64,000 bases of DNA from Macrostomum lignano (lineage: Eukaryota): the NCBI GenBank assembly GCA_002269645.1, contig NIVC01002999.1:1-64000 (forward strand), written 5' to 3'. Each line of letters opens with the position of its first letter. Position 1 is the first letter of the stretch. Positions 25,101 through 37,500 of the stretch are shown in pieces. A program made the position numbers and the translations under genes. The notes under the pieces are model-generated. The model made no database searches. It saw nothing but the letters and a program-made list of their open reading frames with translations, and was not told the origin of the DNA.

Positions 25101-26650
25101 AAAAGGGCTGCAACCACGTCTACACACGGGGTATTTATTCACAAGCTACTTCTTCGAAATGTTTTTTGTTATACTTGCAATTTTGATCCCAGATTGAAGA
25201 TCAAATTGAATCTTTCATCGGACGTACTGAAGCAATGATCAATACAGCTCTGGCCAACCCGGCATTCGATTGGAGACAGGGTTGTAAAGAAATGATTGAG
25301 ACAAAGACTTGCCGGAACGTTACTCAGCAGGGCGGCTTCTATTGGAAAGCTATCACTGGCTCGGCATACCGATTCGCCTGGGACACTAGCTCCGGAGCCT
25401 ACCAGAACCTGCCGGAAAACTTTGACAAAACAGTCAACAAAGAGTTGATCGCTCTGTGTCAGGTACCGACTGTCGAGTATGGGTTGAGTTAAAGTGGGTG
25501 TTCCCAACCAGTTTTATTAACTCCTCTTCGACACCCTTACGTCCCGATCTCTAGGCTACGCTACATACCGACAGAAAACGTCATTGGAAATGGCTTCCGG
25601 CCATGAACAAAAATCTCAATAAGTATGGACGATAGATCTTTTATTCCCTAGATAGGCCACTTTGTATTGCGGCAATAGGGAAAGAGCGATCGTTGTTTAT
25701 CGGTTGCTTAAATTTTGAGTTCAATAGCTTAGGGACATACATGTAGGCGCTATTTTTTTGAGAATTTGATAGAACTTGTGGAACGAACATTTCCACAAAG
25801 GAGGTAAATAAATTCTACTATTCAAACTAAGAATTATGCATGCAGAGACTACTGACGAAATTGAGTTCAGTAGTTGATGGTAAAGTTTTAAAGTTGTTGA
25901 GTTGTAAAGTTTTCAAATTAGCTTATATGGTCACTATAGTGGTTGATGAGTGGCCCATCTTGTGTATATATAATCTTTGGTGTGGACTTTTGAATAAGCT
26001 ATCTTGATTATATATGGCCAGAAGCCATACTCCCGACCACAGATCCTAAAAACACTAGATATGTCAACTCAATATGAACGCAATGGAGTCGGAGTTGGGC
26101 GTAGTTCAGACAGACTCGATCACATAGCTCGTAGACTTCATCATTGTGTGACCACATTTTTTTCATTTGGTTGACAAATCTCATGTTCTTAGGATCTGTG
26201 CTACCGACTTTTTAAACTCGGTTGGCAATCTATTTTTACGCTCTGGATAAGATAAATGCACGTCAACTATATCCATCAGGTCCCTTAAGTCGTTATATTT
26301 GCTAACTTCAAGCTCGCTAGTCTCAATGTTTTAATTCCAGAAATTTTTAAAACCTGAATCGCCTGAACGTCGAAAACTGTCAATTCACAAGGAGTCGAAA
26401 TTGAAGTTCGACGGAGCAACGGAAAACTTTTACTCCAAATACCAGGTGCGGATTTTTATAAAAATCGCACACTGAATTGATGACATATCACAAACACTAA
26501 ATGAATAGCTTTGAGTTTTCGATCTTGATTTTTCTGTCTTTCTCAAAATTTCAGGGCAAGACGATTAAAAATCTGTTGGAGTTTCGTCAGAGCCTGAAGC
26601 AGTGCCCTCCAGTACCGTCTGAAATTCTCGACTGCGTTCACGAACTTTGA
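10127..26650 (+). CDS. Insulysin/IDE-like (M16A) pseudo-peptidase, paralogue 2, ~1650 aa, domain order D1-D2-D1-D2-D3-D4
   Basis: 17 phase-compatible exons: 10127-10502, 11389-11888, 11970-12068, 13214-13474, 14082-14397, 16084-16277, 16737-17435 (GC donor), 17509-17607, 17894-18178, 18649-19003, 19709-19911, 20179-20565, 21826-21964, 23758-24326, 25193-25462, 26341-26445, 26555-26650. Total 4953 nt = 1650 aa + TGA. IDE-like motifs LELSNG/LELTNG, GRLHDPPDC, GSKKYP, YSANLLR, QRYPL, LWFCQD, ERRKLSIH. Confidence 0.88.
10905..11217 (-). mobile_element. tRNA-derived SINE, near full length
   Basis: Minus strand reads ggattgcagcctagtggttagaac (A-box-like) ... ggttcgattcc (B-box), followed by the same body as the 4.1-kb copy. 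Confidence 0.85.
12607..13065. mobile_element. Possible MITE with 19-bp imperfect TIRs
   Basis: cacgtcagtaaaacagttt (12607) versus aaactgttttactgccgtg (ends 13065), one mismatch; AT-rich non-coding interior; no TSD found. Confidence 0.45.
14535..15622. repeat. 21-bp intronic minisatellite, ~50 copies
   Basis: Unit gcactcatttt(g/a)gcgccgc(g/a)g. Confidence 0.97.
19125..19652. repeat. 15-bp intronic minisatellite, ~35 copies
   Basis: Unit agcaccaggggcgcc, with variant agcaccaggggcttt at the edges. Confidence 0.97.
20588..21733 (+). mobile_element. Decayed, internally deleted mariner/Tc1 element
   Basis: Transposase remnant QPPHSPELAPADFIIFPQLK (20755-20815), matching the YSPDLAPxD motif. C-terminal ...KCVATGG...GDCVEK. 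Degenerate long TIRs (ttgtcc...gacactttt...acaaatttg...ttctgataaatt) at both ends; TA at the left flank. Confidence 0.8.
20929..21443. repeat. 43-bp tandem repeat, 12 copies, inside the mariner relic
   Basis: gatgctcaagccgtgggagaagtgagttgctacaggtggagag at 43-bp period. Confidence 0.95.
22155..22235 (-). mobile_element. SINE fragment
   Basis: cacacagcctcaattaccccagccaatgctggcacccattttacagctgggtgaactgaagcaatgcag is the reverse complement of the SINE body at 32.0 kb. Confidence 0.8.
22235..23342. repeat. 19-bp minisatellite (22235-22340 and 22924-23342), split by a MITE
   Basis: Unit aacactaggctacaacccc. Confidence 0.95.
22341..22923. mobile_element. hAT-type non-autonomous element (583 bp)
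   Basis: TIRs CAGGGTTTTTTTT / AAAAAAAACACTG; 8-bp TSD CTACAACC (22333-22340 and 22924-22931); subterminal ggggta/tacccc repeats. Confidence 0.85.
24425..25010. repeat. Near-perfect 15-bp minisatellite, ~38 copies
   Basis: Unit caaggatgccagcat, containing the inverted pair gatgc/gcatc. Confidence 0.97.
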
Positions 26651-28016
26651 ACTTGTAGGCAGGTGCAGTCTCAACTGTTCGAGTTAGCAATGGAATAACT
26701 CCCTTATATATTTATTCTGGATTATTAAAGTACTTTTTTACACAATACAAACTTCCCTAACTGTTTTTGTAACTCTGAAATCGAAGTGAATTATTAAGTA
26801 GCAATATGAGCATTTCTTACGTAAACTTTAATAGCTTACTAGATAGAGGGAGCATAAACGCTTTTCCTTTCAGCCCATACTTACCTGTTGAATTGCTAGT
26901 AGTAAGGAATTGAGCTCTCTCACACCGACCAGTTATAAAGATACTTATTCTCTCCCGAGAAGAGCTCGCTTAGTCCATATTAGACGGTTTGCTCATTTTC
27001 TGCCAGTGCATATTTAATATTTCAATAACATTTTCAATCTTATTTTTTCACCAAGCAGGCAAGTTTTTTATTTCGTGGGAATCATAAAAAACTGCAGTTT
27101 TATGGCCATCCCGCGCTGTTTAATTTCTAATAAAGAGAAGCAGCTTTGTGCAATGCTTTATTATGAGTCTGAATTTGGAGTTTGAGTCTTTTTCTTGACA
27201 CAAGTACGAACTCTGGCCCAGTAAGACACTCTGTAGACATTTACTATGGACACGGTCGTACTATACATATGCTAAACTGCTCTCTCATCGTATCTGGAGT
27301 GTCTGTGTAGCGTCTTCAAGTATTCGGGGTCTTTAACTAGTGAGCATAGTCTCGTAGTCTCTGTGAAGAGACTCACCTTGATAAACACAAGCCGAGAGTA
27401 TATCAAGCCAAGCGAACAATACCTGTTGTTTGGGGGGAGTTGAGGGCCATTAATTTCAATCTTCTCTGTTCTGTAGCAGCGACAGCCCCAACAGTATCTC
27501 TTTTTAAGCACTTGAAGTTTGCCATTAAGCACTAGTTTTTATCTAGTCTTAAGAATCTGCTCGCAGGACATTGCGTTGGTAAGTCTCAATAATAGTATAG
27601 ATGTTGTCCATTAAATTCTTCCTTCAGATAGGCCTAGTTTATCCTTAATGCGTTCCATAATGCCAAACGTATGGGAGCAAACAGCTGGATAAACCGGAGG
27701 TGGGCTGATTAAGCAAACAATAAAAACTGCCAACGCACACGGGGAAGCAGACAGGGGGACACGGACGTATGGGGATCGCGGGTTGAGCTGACTAGCTATA
27801 GGAATATCCTATCTGTTGCCTCAGTATACTATATACAGTTCCGCATTATGTGGGCTGTCAGAACTTCCTGAGACTGCACTGCGGGGCTGAAATATGACAG
27901 TTTGATGGGGAAGAGAGAACAGACAGACCAGGGCCGTGTATATAGCTGGTGGGCGGCCATTCGTGCGTATTCAGACTCTAAGCCCTGTGTAACTCAACTT
28001 CCCTATAGCAACCCGT

Positions 28017-29888
28017 ATGCGTCGACGAGTCTCAAATCGTCCAATCTGGAATCCTAGCGCCGACGCGGCGGCCGAATCTCAGCTGCTGTCCGGCCTGGTG
28101 ACATTCCGCAGGAGAGCGGCCAAGCCGGGGCTGCTCAACACTCCGGCTGCTACGTTGGACTTGGACTTTGCCCGACAGCTCCAATCGCTGCGACTGTTGA
28201 ACAGCGATACGCTTCGCGAGGAAAATCCTCCTGGCTCTAGTGAAGCATCGAATAATTTGGATTCTAATGACGAATTTACGGCCATCAGTACCGATCTGCT
28301 GGTCACGGCTGCTGATGGCCAGCTGGAACAGAGCCTTCGCTGGCAGCAGCAGAGGCAACGGCAGCAGAGGCAGCAGCAGCAGCATCAGCACTTGACCTTG
28401 TCGCTGCCTCTTCTTGGCGGTCGGCTGAACTATTTTCTACGGGGGGCTGTCGATTCGCCTACGCCGGATCCTTCGGCATCACCATCGGTTGCTGCCAGAT
28501 CGGTCAATCAGCCAGGACGTCTTGCTTACCGAACGAGTCTGCCTGGGGAAGAGGGAGTTTCTCCCGACGAAGAAATCGCTCTCCTGCTGAGGTCGCGCTC
28601 ACCAACACGGGTTAAAATAGAGCAACGACAGCTGCTGAGTCCAGCGGATGCGTCATCGAAAACGTTGAAAACCCAATCAACCTTTGAGATAGAAAAACCT
28701 CCGATACAACCATCAAATTCTCCCACGGTTTCCATGGAGCCTCACCCAGTGGTATCCGCTTCAACAGGAACCATCGATCAGGGTGATTATAAAGGTCGTT
28801 TGTTTGTTCGCGGCGAACTAGCAATCTCAGCTGATGCTCAAGCGCAAGACAACAAACAGAAAGACGGTGAGAAGCAGAGGGAAAGTCCTGAAGCAAATGA
28901 CTTCAGTGAAAATATGCAAAATCGTAAGAGACGTGATGTAACGAAGAAATCGCTGAGAAATCATCGTGGAAAAGTTAACGAACAGCACATGCTCAGCAGC
29001 ATCGATGCCAAACCTCAGAGGCCTCCACAAACGGCACATCAAACTCCCCAGACGCATCAGCCTACATTGAACGGGAGAACAGCTGAATCAGAGGCACCGG
29101 AAATCCCAATAGCAACTGTTATAAGTCGACGAAAGCGAAAAGTTCAGAAGCAGCCAGTGGAACCGTATGCTCTTGATCGAGAGTCTCATAATCCCGAGCG
29201 GCACAGAGATGCCAGCTTCAGCCGAACTTGCAGCTGCCTGAGTCACTCTGATCAAAACTCCAGCCAGCAATTTGTAGACCAAGGTTTTCATCAGCCAGGC
29301 AACATCATTCCGTCAGAAAAAATCAGTCATCCACTGCATCGCCCGGCTCAAATGGAACCTACCGCCAAGCAGTCTCAAAATCCCGTTCCCGACTCAACAC
29401 AGCGGGTAGAGCGGCAAGAGACTCATCAGAACCAACTTGAAGCTCTCCATCTGGCAGAGGTTGCCAGCACGGAACTGCAGAGACGGCCGGTGCCGGACCA
29501 GTACCGCACAGCTCACCGCTTGGCCAAGGCGGCAAGCCAAGACGCCCAGTTTTCCGCATGGCTGCAAGCCGGCCGCGAGCCTGCAGACTTTTTCAGCTGT
29601 CGGACGAGCCCCAACGGCTACTATTCGTACTTCCATCGGCTGCCGCGCTACGACCGCGGCCTGCAGCCCTTTGCCGAGTTCCCGCCGACTCAGAGTCAAG
29701 CGTTGCAGCCGGGCAGCAGCAGTAAGAGAGGCGCCAAAACTTCGGCAATGCTTGCCTACGGCGGAAAAAATCCGGACAACTATTTGCCGCCGCCAATTCT
29801 GGTGCGCGTTCGGAGACCGTTGGAGAACCGGCGGGCCAAGCCGACACGAATTTCTGCTTTAGAAGAGTTGGAAACGAGCCAATATTAA
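28017..29888 (+). CDS. Single-exon hypothetical protein, 623 aa, largely low-complexity/disordered
   Basis: Uninterrupted 1.87-kb ORF with ATG and TAA, not repeat-derived; Q/S/P-rich; aromatic-rich C-terminal block (FSAWLQAG...YYSYFHRLPRYD); AG acceptor-like site just upstream of the ATG. Confidence 0.65.
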   Translation: MRRRVSNRPIWNPSADAAAESQLLSGLVTFRRRAAKPGLLNTPAATLDLDFARQLQSLRLLNSDTLREENPPGSSEASNNLDSNDEFTAISTDLLVTAADGQLEQSLRWQQQRQRQQRQQQQHQHLTLSLPLLGGRLNYFLRGAVDSPTPDPSASPSVAARSVNQPGRLAYRTSLPGEEGVSPDEEIALLLRSRSPTRVKIEQRQLLSPADASSKTLKTQSTFEIEKPPIQPSNSPTVSMEPHPVVSASTGTIDQGDYKGRLFVRGELAISADAQAQDNKQKDGEKQRESPEANDFSENMQNRKRRDVTKKSLRNHRGKVNEQHMLSSIDAKPQRPPQTAHQTPQTHQPTLNGRTAESEAPEIPIATVISRRKRKVQKQPVEPYALDRESHNPERHRDASFSRTCSCLSHSDQNSSQQFVDQGFHQPGNIIPSEKISHPLHRPAQMEPTAKQSQNPVPDSTQRVERQETHQNQLEALHLAEVASTELQRRPVPDQYRTAHRLAKAASQDAQFSAWLQAGREPADFFSCRTSPNGYYSYFHRLPRYDRGLQPFAEFPPTQSQALQPGSSSKRGAKTSAMLAYGGKNPDNYLPPPILVRVRRPLENRRAKPTRISALEELETSQY

Positions 29889-30390
29889 AACTGCGATGAT
29901 ATGGTTTTGTAAATCATTACTGACCATTTGAACTTTGTTTGCAGTTTCCGTAAAAATACATACATTTTCCGAAGCAAAAGTCTTACCAGAGACTTATTTT
30001 TTGTGACATATTTTATGAAAAACTTTTGCAAATTGCCTATCCATTTAACTTCAGATAAAAACTTTTTTGCTTCGTAAGCATCGCTGAAGTAATCAAAAGT
30101 TTCAATTGAATGCAAGCTTTTATTTTAAAAAAATAGTTTTGCGTGACATTTATTATGCCACTTGACTGCAGCAACTGAGGATCATTGTTGCTCTTAGTTA
30201 GAATCCAAATTTAATTGAAACAACTTGATGAACAGAAAACTCTCGAAACTGCCTTTTTGCTGCCACTTATTGAGAAGAATGCTCCGCTACAAATAATGAT
30301 ATAATCTGGGCTGAGAGGGGCTCTACGTTGTCGTTAATGTGTTAAATGTCGCACATCCAAGCAGGAGAAGCGAATTTTTCATTTTTCTAG

Positions 30391-31210
30391 CAACAGCAGT
30401 TGGCTCCGAACTGCCAGAGGTGCACAGCAGCAGCTGGTCGGGCGGTCAAATCCGCCACTTCTTCGTCTCCTCCATCAACCAAGCCAGCGATGTGCTGCAG
30501 TGCGCTGCACAGGCTGCCAAGCACCTGCTCGCTCACCAGCTGCTGGTCTTCATCCCTCGAGACGGTGCTCAGCAGCCCCAGTGCATCGTGGGTGAGTGAG
30601 TCCTGGCTGCATGCTCGATGCCTTAAACCTGATGAAGCTGCTCACCCAGCTGAGCTCATTCGCATTCCAGCAAACCGAAGTGGCGCTGTGTGTCGCAGAC
30701 TGACGCCTCACACTCACCAGTCTCCGTGCTGCATCAGGGTGAGTAGCAAGCGTGCACTGACTCACCTGACAGCCAGGTAACTGACAGCACTTGCCTGACC
30801 GCAGCTCTCAATGCCTCACTGCAGGTGTTTGTGACGTCACTCAGCGACTGCTGGATCAGCATCCAGCGTCGGGTAGACAACTCGACAGACTTCTATCGCA
30901 ACTGGACCGAGTACGCAGCCGGCTTCGGAGAGGGAGCCCACACGAACCACTGGCTCGGTGAGTGCAGTGCAGTGCGGTCATGACGGTATTGATGCACTTT
31001 TTGATAGCGCTGGCCTCCTGTGGCTGTGAGCTGCTCAGCATTGAGCTGTGCTTGACAACTGCAGGTCTGCGAGCTGTGCACTCTCTGACCTGGCCGTCTG
31101 GTCGAGCACTTCGCATGCGAATGAGGCTGTGGAATGGCACGGAGTTCTGGGCCGACTACTCCAGCTTCTCCGTGGCCAGCGAGGCCGACAAGTTTCGGCT
31201 GAGCATCTAG
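30391..31210 (+). pseudogene. Fibrinogen-related domain (FReD) gene, truncated by a stop
   Basis: Exons 30391-30591, 30671-30738, 30825-30957 and 31065-31210 encode WISIQRRVDNSTDFYRNWTEYAAGFG...HWLGLRAVHSLT...WADYSSFSVASEADKFRLSI*GFS. The C-terminal part of the domain is not found. Confidence 0.8.
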
Positions 31211-31533
31211 GGGTTCTCTGCGAGATGTTATGTTTTTTGATGGGCAACTTCAGTATATTTTATTAATAAACTAATACGTAATAGATTTTACTTAGCTCTT
31301 TTATGAAGATTACATTAGACAAGAAAACGTTGGCAATACTTGAAGAAACAAGAAAATCACTTAAGAACACAAAATGAACTGTTAAGATTTGTTGATACGA
31401 TGATAATCAATCGGTAAAGCCGAATTACTATTACCGAAACTTCAACGAGAACATGCCAACATAGTTTTTTAATTATGTTGAAAAAAGGTAAAACAAAACA
31501 GTTTTTAATAGTGAATCTTGTCTTATATAATTA

Positions 31534-34500
31534 TTAATCGGTTTTAAAGACAGTCTTATAGCTGAGCCGGTGGTAAGCCAGCATCTGGTGAGTGTGAGCC
31601 CGCTCTCGCACGGCCAAGTCAAGCAGGTCTCGGTCGCATTTCAGCGCCACAGACAGGAAGCACTGGCAGGTGAACAGACAGCCTAGACCGATGGCCGTGG
31701 CAATGGCCAAGGCTGCCAGCATCTGCCGTAGCACCATGGCGGTGCGCCAGCGATCAGTCCGATAGGGCCCGAGCCTTTCCGGTACGCCGCAGTCGGTGCC
31801 GCCACCGTGGCACCAGTCCGACTCAAAGCCGTGGCCGAGGCATTCCAGGCCCAAGCAAGCACTGCGAGTTGAGACGCGAGTGAGACTCAGGTTTTAACTA
31901 TGTATTTGCGCCATATCCACATGCGTATTGATGAAATACGAATTGCCCACTTTGCTTAACCTTTGCTTATCGAGAAAGGCTGTAGCCTAGTGGTTAGAGC
32001 GACTGATAGGTCGCACTCAGAGCAATTTGTCTCCTTGAGCAAGACACTGAACTCTGCATTGCTTCAGTTCACCCAGCTGTAAAATGGGTGCCAGCATTAG
32101 CTGGGGTAATTGAGGCTGTGTGTGGCGACCTCTCAGTCCTTGGACTGAACAGCCGTAGGCAGCTTTCAGACGGCCGCGAAATTTAGGTGCATGGTTAGGG
32201 ATGCATACACCCTGAAAGTACTCCGAAAGGAATGGAACCTTGGGTACTTTGGTTGTCACAGTTGTTTGGTTGTTACAGTTGGACTGTAACAATAACAACA
32301 TACAATATTCCAGACGCCCGCCAACTTTACCAACGTGCATGTACCCGACGTTGATAGACGCTTATGGCAAATTGGTACTGTAGTATCGACGTATGGGACA
32401 TACAAAAACTTTTCACTTTTCCTCATTTACAAACTATTTGTTTTTTAGCCGTCTAAAATACTCAATTTGGGCCAAAAATTGCTCAAATCAATGCACGGCT
32501 GGTTCAGACCAATTTTAAATGACCCGTGAGCTTCTAACGGTGATTTGAACCGGCCTTAACAACATGCATCTCCCAATGGAAGTGTGTAAAAGAAATAGGT
32601 AGTTTAACTTGAAGCTCGTTCTTACCGACATAAAATCACAAAAGTCGGCTCTTAGCAAGCGACAATCATTCAACCGCCCTTAGACCTAAATCACCGATGT
32701 ACAAGCCGTATGATCACACGATCAATCTCTTGATCGTGATGTGCACTGTGAATGAGCCCATATAGTTCGACCCACAGCCGAAAAGAGGCGACATCAATTA
32801 CGAGCGTACCTGGGAATTACCCTCTTTGCGCACACGCACTCGCGCGGTAACCAAGGATGAATTCCTGACTGAAGACTACAATGGAGCATGACTAAGCTTC
32901 AAAAATGTGGCCAAGTAGTTTGAACAAAGTATTCGAGATTCGAATCTTAAATAACATACGTAGTATTATTGCATAGAACTAGAAAACATGGAAAAAAGGA
33001 GGGAATTCGAAACAGCGTAATGCTCACGTAGGTTTTCTACGAAGACTTTTTGAACCTTGGCGGTTGGCCAAGAATTCAAAAAAGCCGCAGAAAAGTCACT
33101 GCTTTCAATAAAAAAATAATTTCAATAACAACCCACCGACTGCGATGCCGCTCGCGTCGGTCTCCGCAGTCCGGATCGCAGGAGCTCCACGGTCCCCAAA
33201 CTGACCAGAGCCCGCGATGGAACTGGCACTTTGGGCCGTAGTGCGTAGCTGGGCACTGGCAGATGGCCTTGCCCCTGCTTGATACGCAGTCTCCGACTTC
33301 GCAAGGCAAAGACATGCACGGATCGTGGCGAAGCTGACAGTTGGGATCTCGTTCCTCAACGGACTGTTATGTAATGACGATCGAGCATAACTTTGAGACC
33401 GGTTGGTGATTAGGAGATGACGCGCAGGGTCCCTTTCAGCCATCGAAGCCTTTCTACCCGACCCTCGGAACTTTTAAAACTTCAATCCGGCCCGGTAATG
33501 TTTTATGTCTCTTCTCAGCTCTCTTCTCTCCTCTCACTTTCCCCCCGCTTCTTTTTACCTTCTCTCCCTCTCTCTATCTTTCCTCTCTCCCCGTCTTGCC
33601 TCCTCCCTCTCCTCTCTCCACTCTCTCCACTTTCTTCTCTCTCTCCTCTCTTCCCTCTTCTTTCCTCTTATCTTTTCTCGTATATTTTTCTCTCATCTCT
33701 CACCTCTCCTCTCTTCTGATCTCTCATCTTCCATTCTCTCCATTTTCCCCTCTCATCTGGCCCTTCATCATGATAAGCTAGATTCTCTATCTGGCCCTTG
33801 TGTTAGAAAGTCTGTCGACTCGTGCAATGAAGCTTTGGCGCCCCTGACGATGCCTTTTGCAGTTTGCAGTTTGCATATTTCTAACTTTTTCACACGGTAC
33901 GAGTAACTATTGCATCACCTACGACACACCTTAACATCTGTTGACTGTAAACACGTAACTCTTCAAACATATTTTACAAGGTAAAATAAGATCAAATATT
34001 AATGAGAATACATTCTTAATAAAGATTGCTCTTACCCCCGCACGTCTGCCACCAGTATCGATCAGCCAGCCGTTTTTGCACTGGCAGACGAAGAGATCTG
34101 TGCCTATCACTGGCGAGCACTCGCCTCCAGCATCCACATTGCAGGCTTGATTGCCAGTAGGCAGCCTGCCCTTTTCTGTTAACTGTCGTTCGAAGCAAGC
34201 ATTTCTTTCCGTATCGCATCTTGGGCCCATAAAGCCGGATTTGCAAAAGCATCGCAATTCGTTTGTTAGCGGGTCATATTGGCAGCTTTTTGTTCCAAAC
34301 ATTGAGCAGGGGTTGTCCATCTGTTCGAGAGAAGTGCGCATATGCAATGGGAATCGAGAAACCTTTGGGTACAATCTAGATATTATGTAACTAATCTTAT
34401 ATGGGCAACTTTGAAACTACCCCAAAGTTTATATAACTCAAGTCTGTTTTCACTCACTAAAAAAAGACAAGAAAGTTTCAAATCACTGTCAAAATTTCAA

Positions 34501-37500
34501 ATCGAGTGAGCTTAAAAATATTAACTATAGCATACAGTTATATCAAAAAGCAGTATAATGCATGAGGGGGCTTCTGGGACAAATTTTTTCACGTCCTCCA
34601 TAATCCCATTAAATCCATCCATATTATCCCCGACAGAATCAGAGCATAACAGGTGTCCTACTTGTTCCGAAAACTTCGAACGTAATCCCATTAAATCCAT
34701 CCATATTATCCCTGAATCAGAAAAAAGGGGTCACACTTGTTCCGAAAACTTCGAACATAATCCTCCTAACCTATCCTTCTTCCTCCACGACAGAATCAGA
34801 GCATAACATGTGTCCTACATAATCCACTGACATCCACTCATAGCAGCTTCGAAACAATCAGAAAAAAATCTGCATTCTTCTGCCCACATTCAATTCGCGA
34901 AACCAGATCCCAAAGACTTTAAATCATCAACGCAGGGTCCTTACCTTTTGAAAAAAAATTAAATTCTTAATAAAAATCTTTCCAGTTGTCTCTCCAGGTT
35001 CTTATTATACTCAGCCTCATCCATTGTACAAATCCAAATACCGATGCAATCTAGAATGCAGCGAGTACATAAGAAAATATTGGCCCGGCGTTGATATCAA
35101 TGCCCCTAATATTAATCAAGCACTTAAATATCACTGGTTTGAAAAACACGGAGCAGTCATTAACGATTTTGATAGCTATTATAACTTTGCTGAAGTTATA
35201 AGGCAGTTGTAGTAGCCAACTACAAGGTTGTACCTGGTGGCTTATATCGTAATTTTACAAGCCCGAAGACGACTCACATTCTCTCAATAATAATTGTTAG
35301 CACAAACTCCTCCCCGTTAAAATCGACACCAACTCCATCCTCTGTCTCAAACTGCAGAACGATTTCATGTATCTCTCTATTACTCAGAATCACTCTTTTC
35401 ACGGGATTTGGCTTTTGCACCAGCATTTGGCCACCAGCAACAGAGTTTGAAATGTTAAAAAGTATGTTGGTTCGTTTGCCCTTGAATATCCAATCAAGGC
35501 TCAGATTGCTGCGAATTAATATATTCAAGCCTTTGACAATATCTGCGATATTTGGCGCCAAGTACATACCGGATATTGGCCAGGACACAGCAACAGTGCC
35601 AGGCGCCTGCGGCGGGCTTTGGTCTGTGGCGCCACCATAAACTCTCTTTACAAATGCCAACTCGCGATACCAAGTGCCATCTCTAAACTCTGCCTCTGCG
35701 TCCTGATGAACTTGCAAGACAACTCTCATGACAGTTAGATAATAAGTTAATCTAACAGGAAACAGTTTACTTTCTGGTTTGCTTTCATCCGGTATCTCAA
35801 AATGCTTTCGTTTAGTGAAGACGTTCTCCAAGAAGTAATTATAAGTATCCACGCTCTGTGTGCTGACAGGAAATATCACAACCTCTGTTGTAGTACGCTT
35901 CCATTTGTAATAAAACTTGTTATTTTCCGCTGTCACATTGGGAACATTTGACCACCCAGTGAAATCATTGAGATAGACGTGGTAATTCGCCTCGGGATCC
36001 AAACGAAGTGGTTGCTCCAATTTTTGAATGAAGATTCCATTTGACTCAGTAATGCGACCCGCTACAGTGATTGGAATGCTCTCCTTAGAGTGTGAAACAA
36101 TGTTGTTTAGTCTTTCGGCTATGGCTTCTATTTTTTATTGAAAAAATTATTCAAACTTTACTAGACGAGTTATTGATCATATTGACCTTGATTTTCCTCT
36201 CAAATGCATAAATAATAAACAGATCAACAGCCGTTGCGGCACCAAATTTTTTCCGCTCGATATTAGTCACAATGTTAACAGGGCTATTGTCTGTAGGCAT
36301 TTGTCTTGCTGACACGTCAACTCCGAAAATTGGGTACAACTCTTTATGCTGCAGAGCAGTGGTAGCCATTCCATTATTCTCTTTTACAGCCAGGTCCACC
36401 AGTTCATTGAAAAATTTACTAATCTTGTTCTCCGGGAAATCTCCATTCTGTGGGCAATGCAGGGTATAAATTGTCACTGATCTCATGTTGAATCGATCGA
36501 ACGTTTCCATGTAGATATCTACCTACATTAGTCGTACTCCTCATGGTGACAAACAATAATGTACCTTGGATTGCTACAGGAGCCTTCTTTAATGCAAATA
36601 TTGTGTCTTGCGTCATTCCGCTCATCTCAGCACATATAAGCTGTATAAGCAACATCAATGTCTTTCTCAATCGCCTTCAAGTATTCAGCTTTGAGTGCAG
36701 TCTTGGGTTCAATAATTTCTAAGTACAGCTCCACGCCAGTTAGCTTTGGCCTTCGACTAAATTCCTCTGTTCCGATCATATCTAGTCAGTCTAAATGTGT
36801 AGCTAAAGTTGCTTGTTAACCGATTGAAACTATTACAGAAACTATTCATAAACCTCAAAGGTACAAAAATATCTACAGACCTAAACAGCGGATTCTTAGC
36901 AGCATCGTTCTCGCCAGCAAGAGCATAGTTGTATCTCTCCTTTTTCTTTTTGTAACCGGGGTCATCCACACCCCCTTTGTGCTCATTGGGAATAAAGTCA
37001 GCTCCACTCCCCAACTGGATGAAATCCGGGTTCTCAATCAAACACTGCGTGTCATAGACAATGCCAAAGTTGGCTATTCTCTCCAACTCTGTGCTTCCAT
37101 TAGACACGCTAATCTCTTTGAACATGTACGCCCAGAAGTTACTGATCAATGCCACATTTGCTTTGTGCTATCGTCATTTGCATGAGCAGCATCGTCTCCA
37201 CCTTTTGTCTTGAATTGGAAAGTCATGTAGCATCCACTTCTTAGACTGTGGACACTGACCAATGACGAGAAACCATTGTATGTGAAAGTCAGTGTCTGAC
37301 CTGGACCCAAATTAGTTTCATTTTGGTTCTCGTGACTCGGAACTCTAACTTGTGACGCTTTAATGGTGCTGTCACCTGTCATCGCTTAAAATTGGTTTGT
37401 TAATCTTGTAGAAAACTGGTGTCAGTGGGTCGTTCATTTTTTAACTAAAAATAAAATAAAATAAGAAATGAAGCAGAAAAGTTCATATCATATCTCTGAA

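Noticed and set aside
24389-25197. DASIK / HQGCQ / MPASR ORFs, resembling a metal-binding repeat protein
   Set aside because: A perfect 15-bp array open in several frames on both strands, inside an intron.
27200-27720. Possible decayed LINE or other coding remnant
   Set aside because: No recognisable motif in the stretches I translated.
34321-34377. Acceptor at 34376 for exon 2 of the EGF gene
   Set aside because: Gives phase 2, incompatible with the phase-0 donor at 49886; the acceptor before 34320 restores frame and an EGF cysteine pattern.
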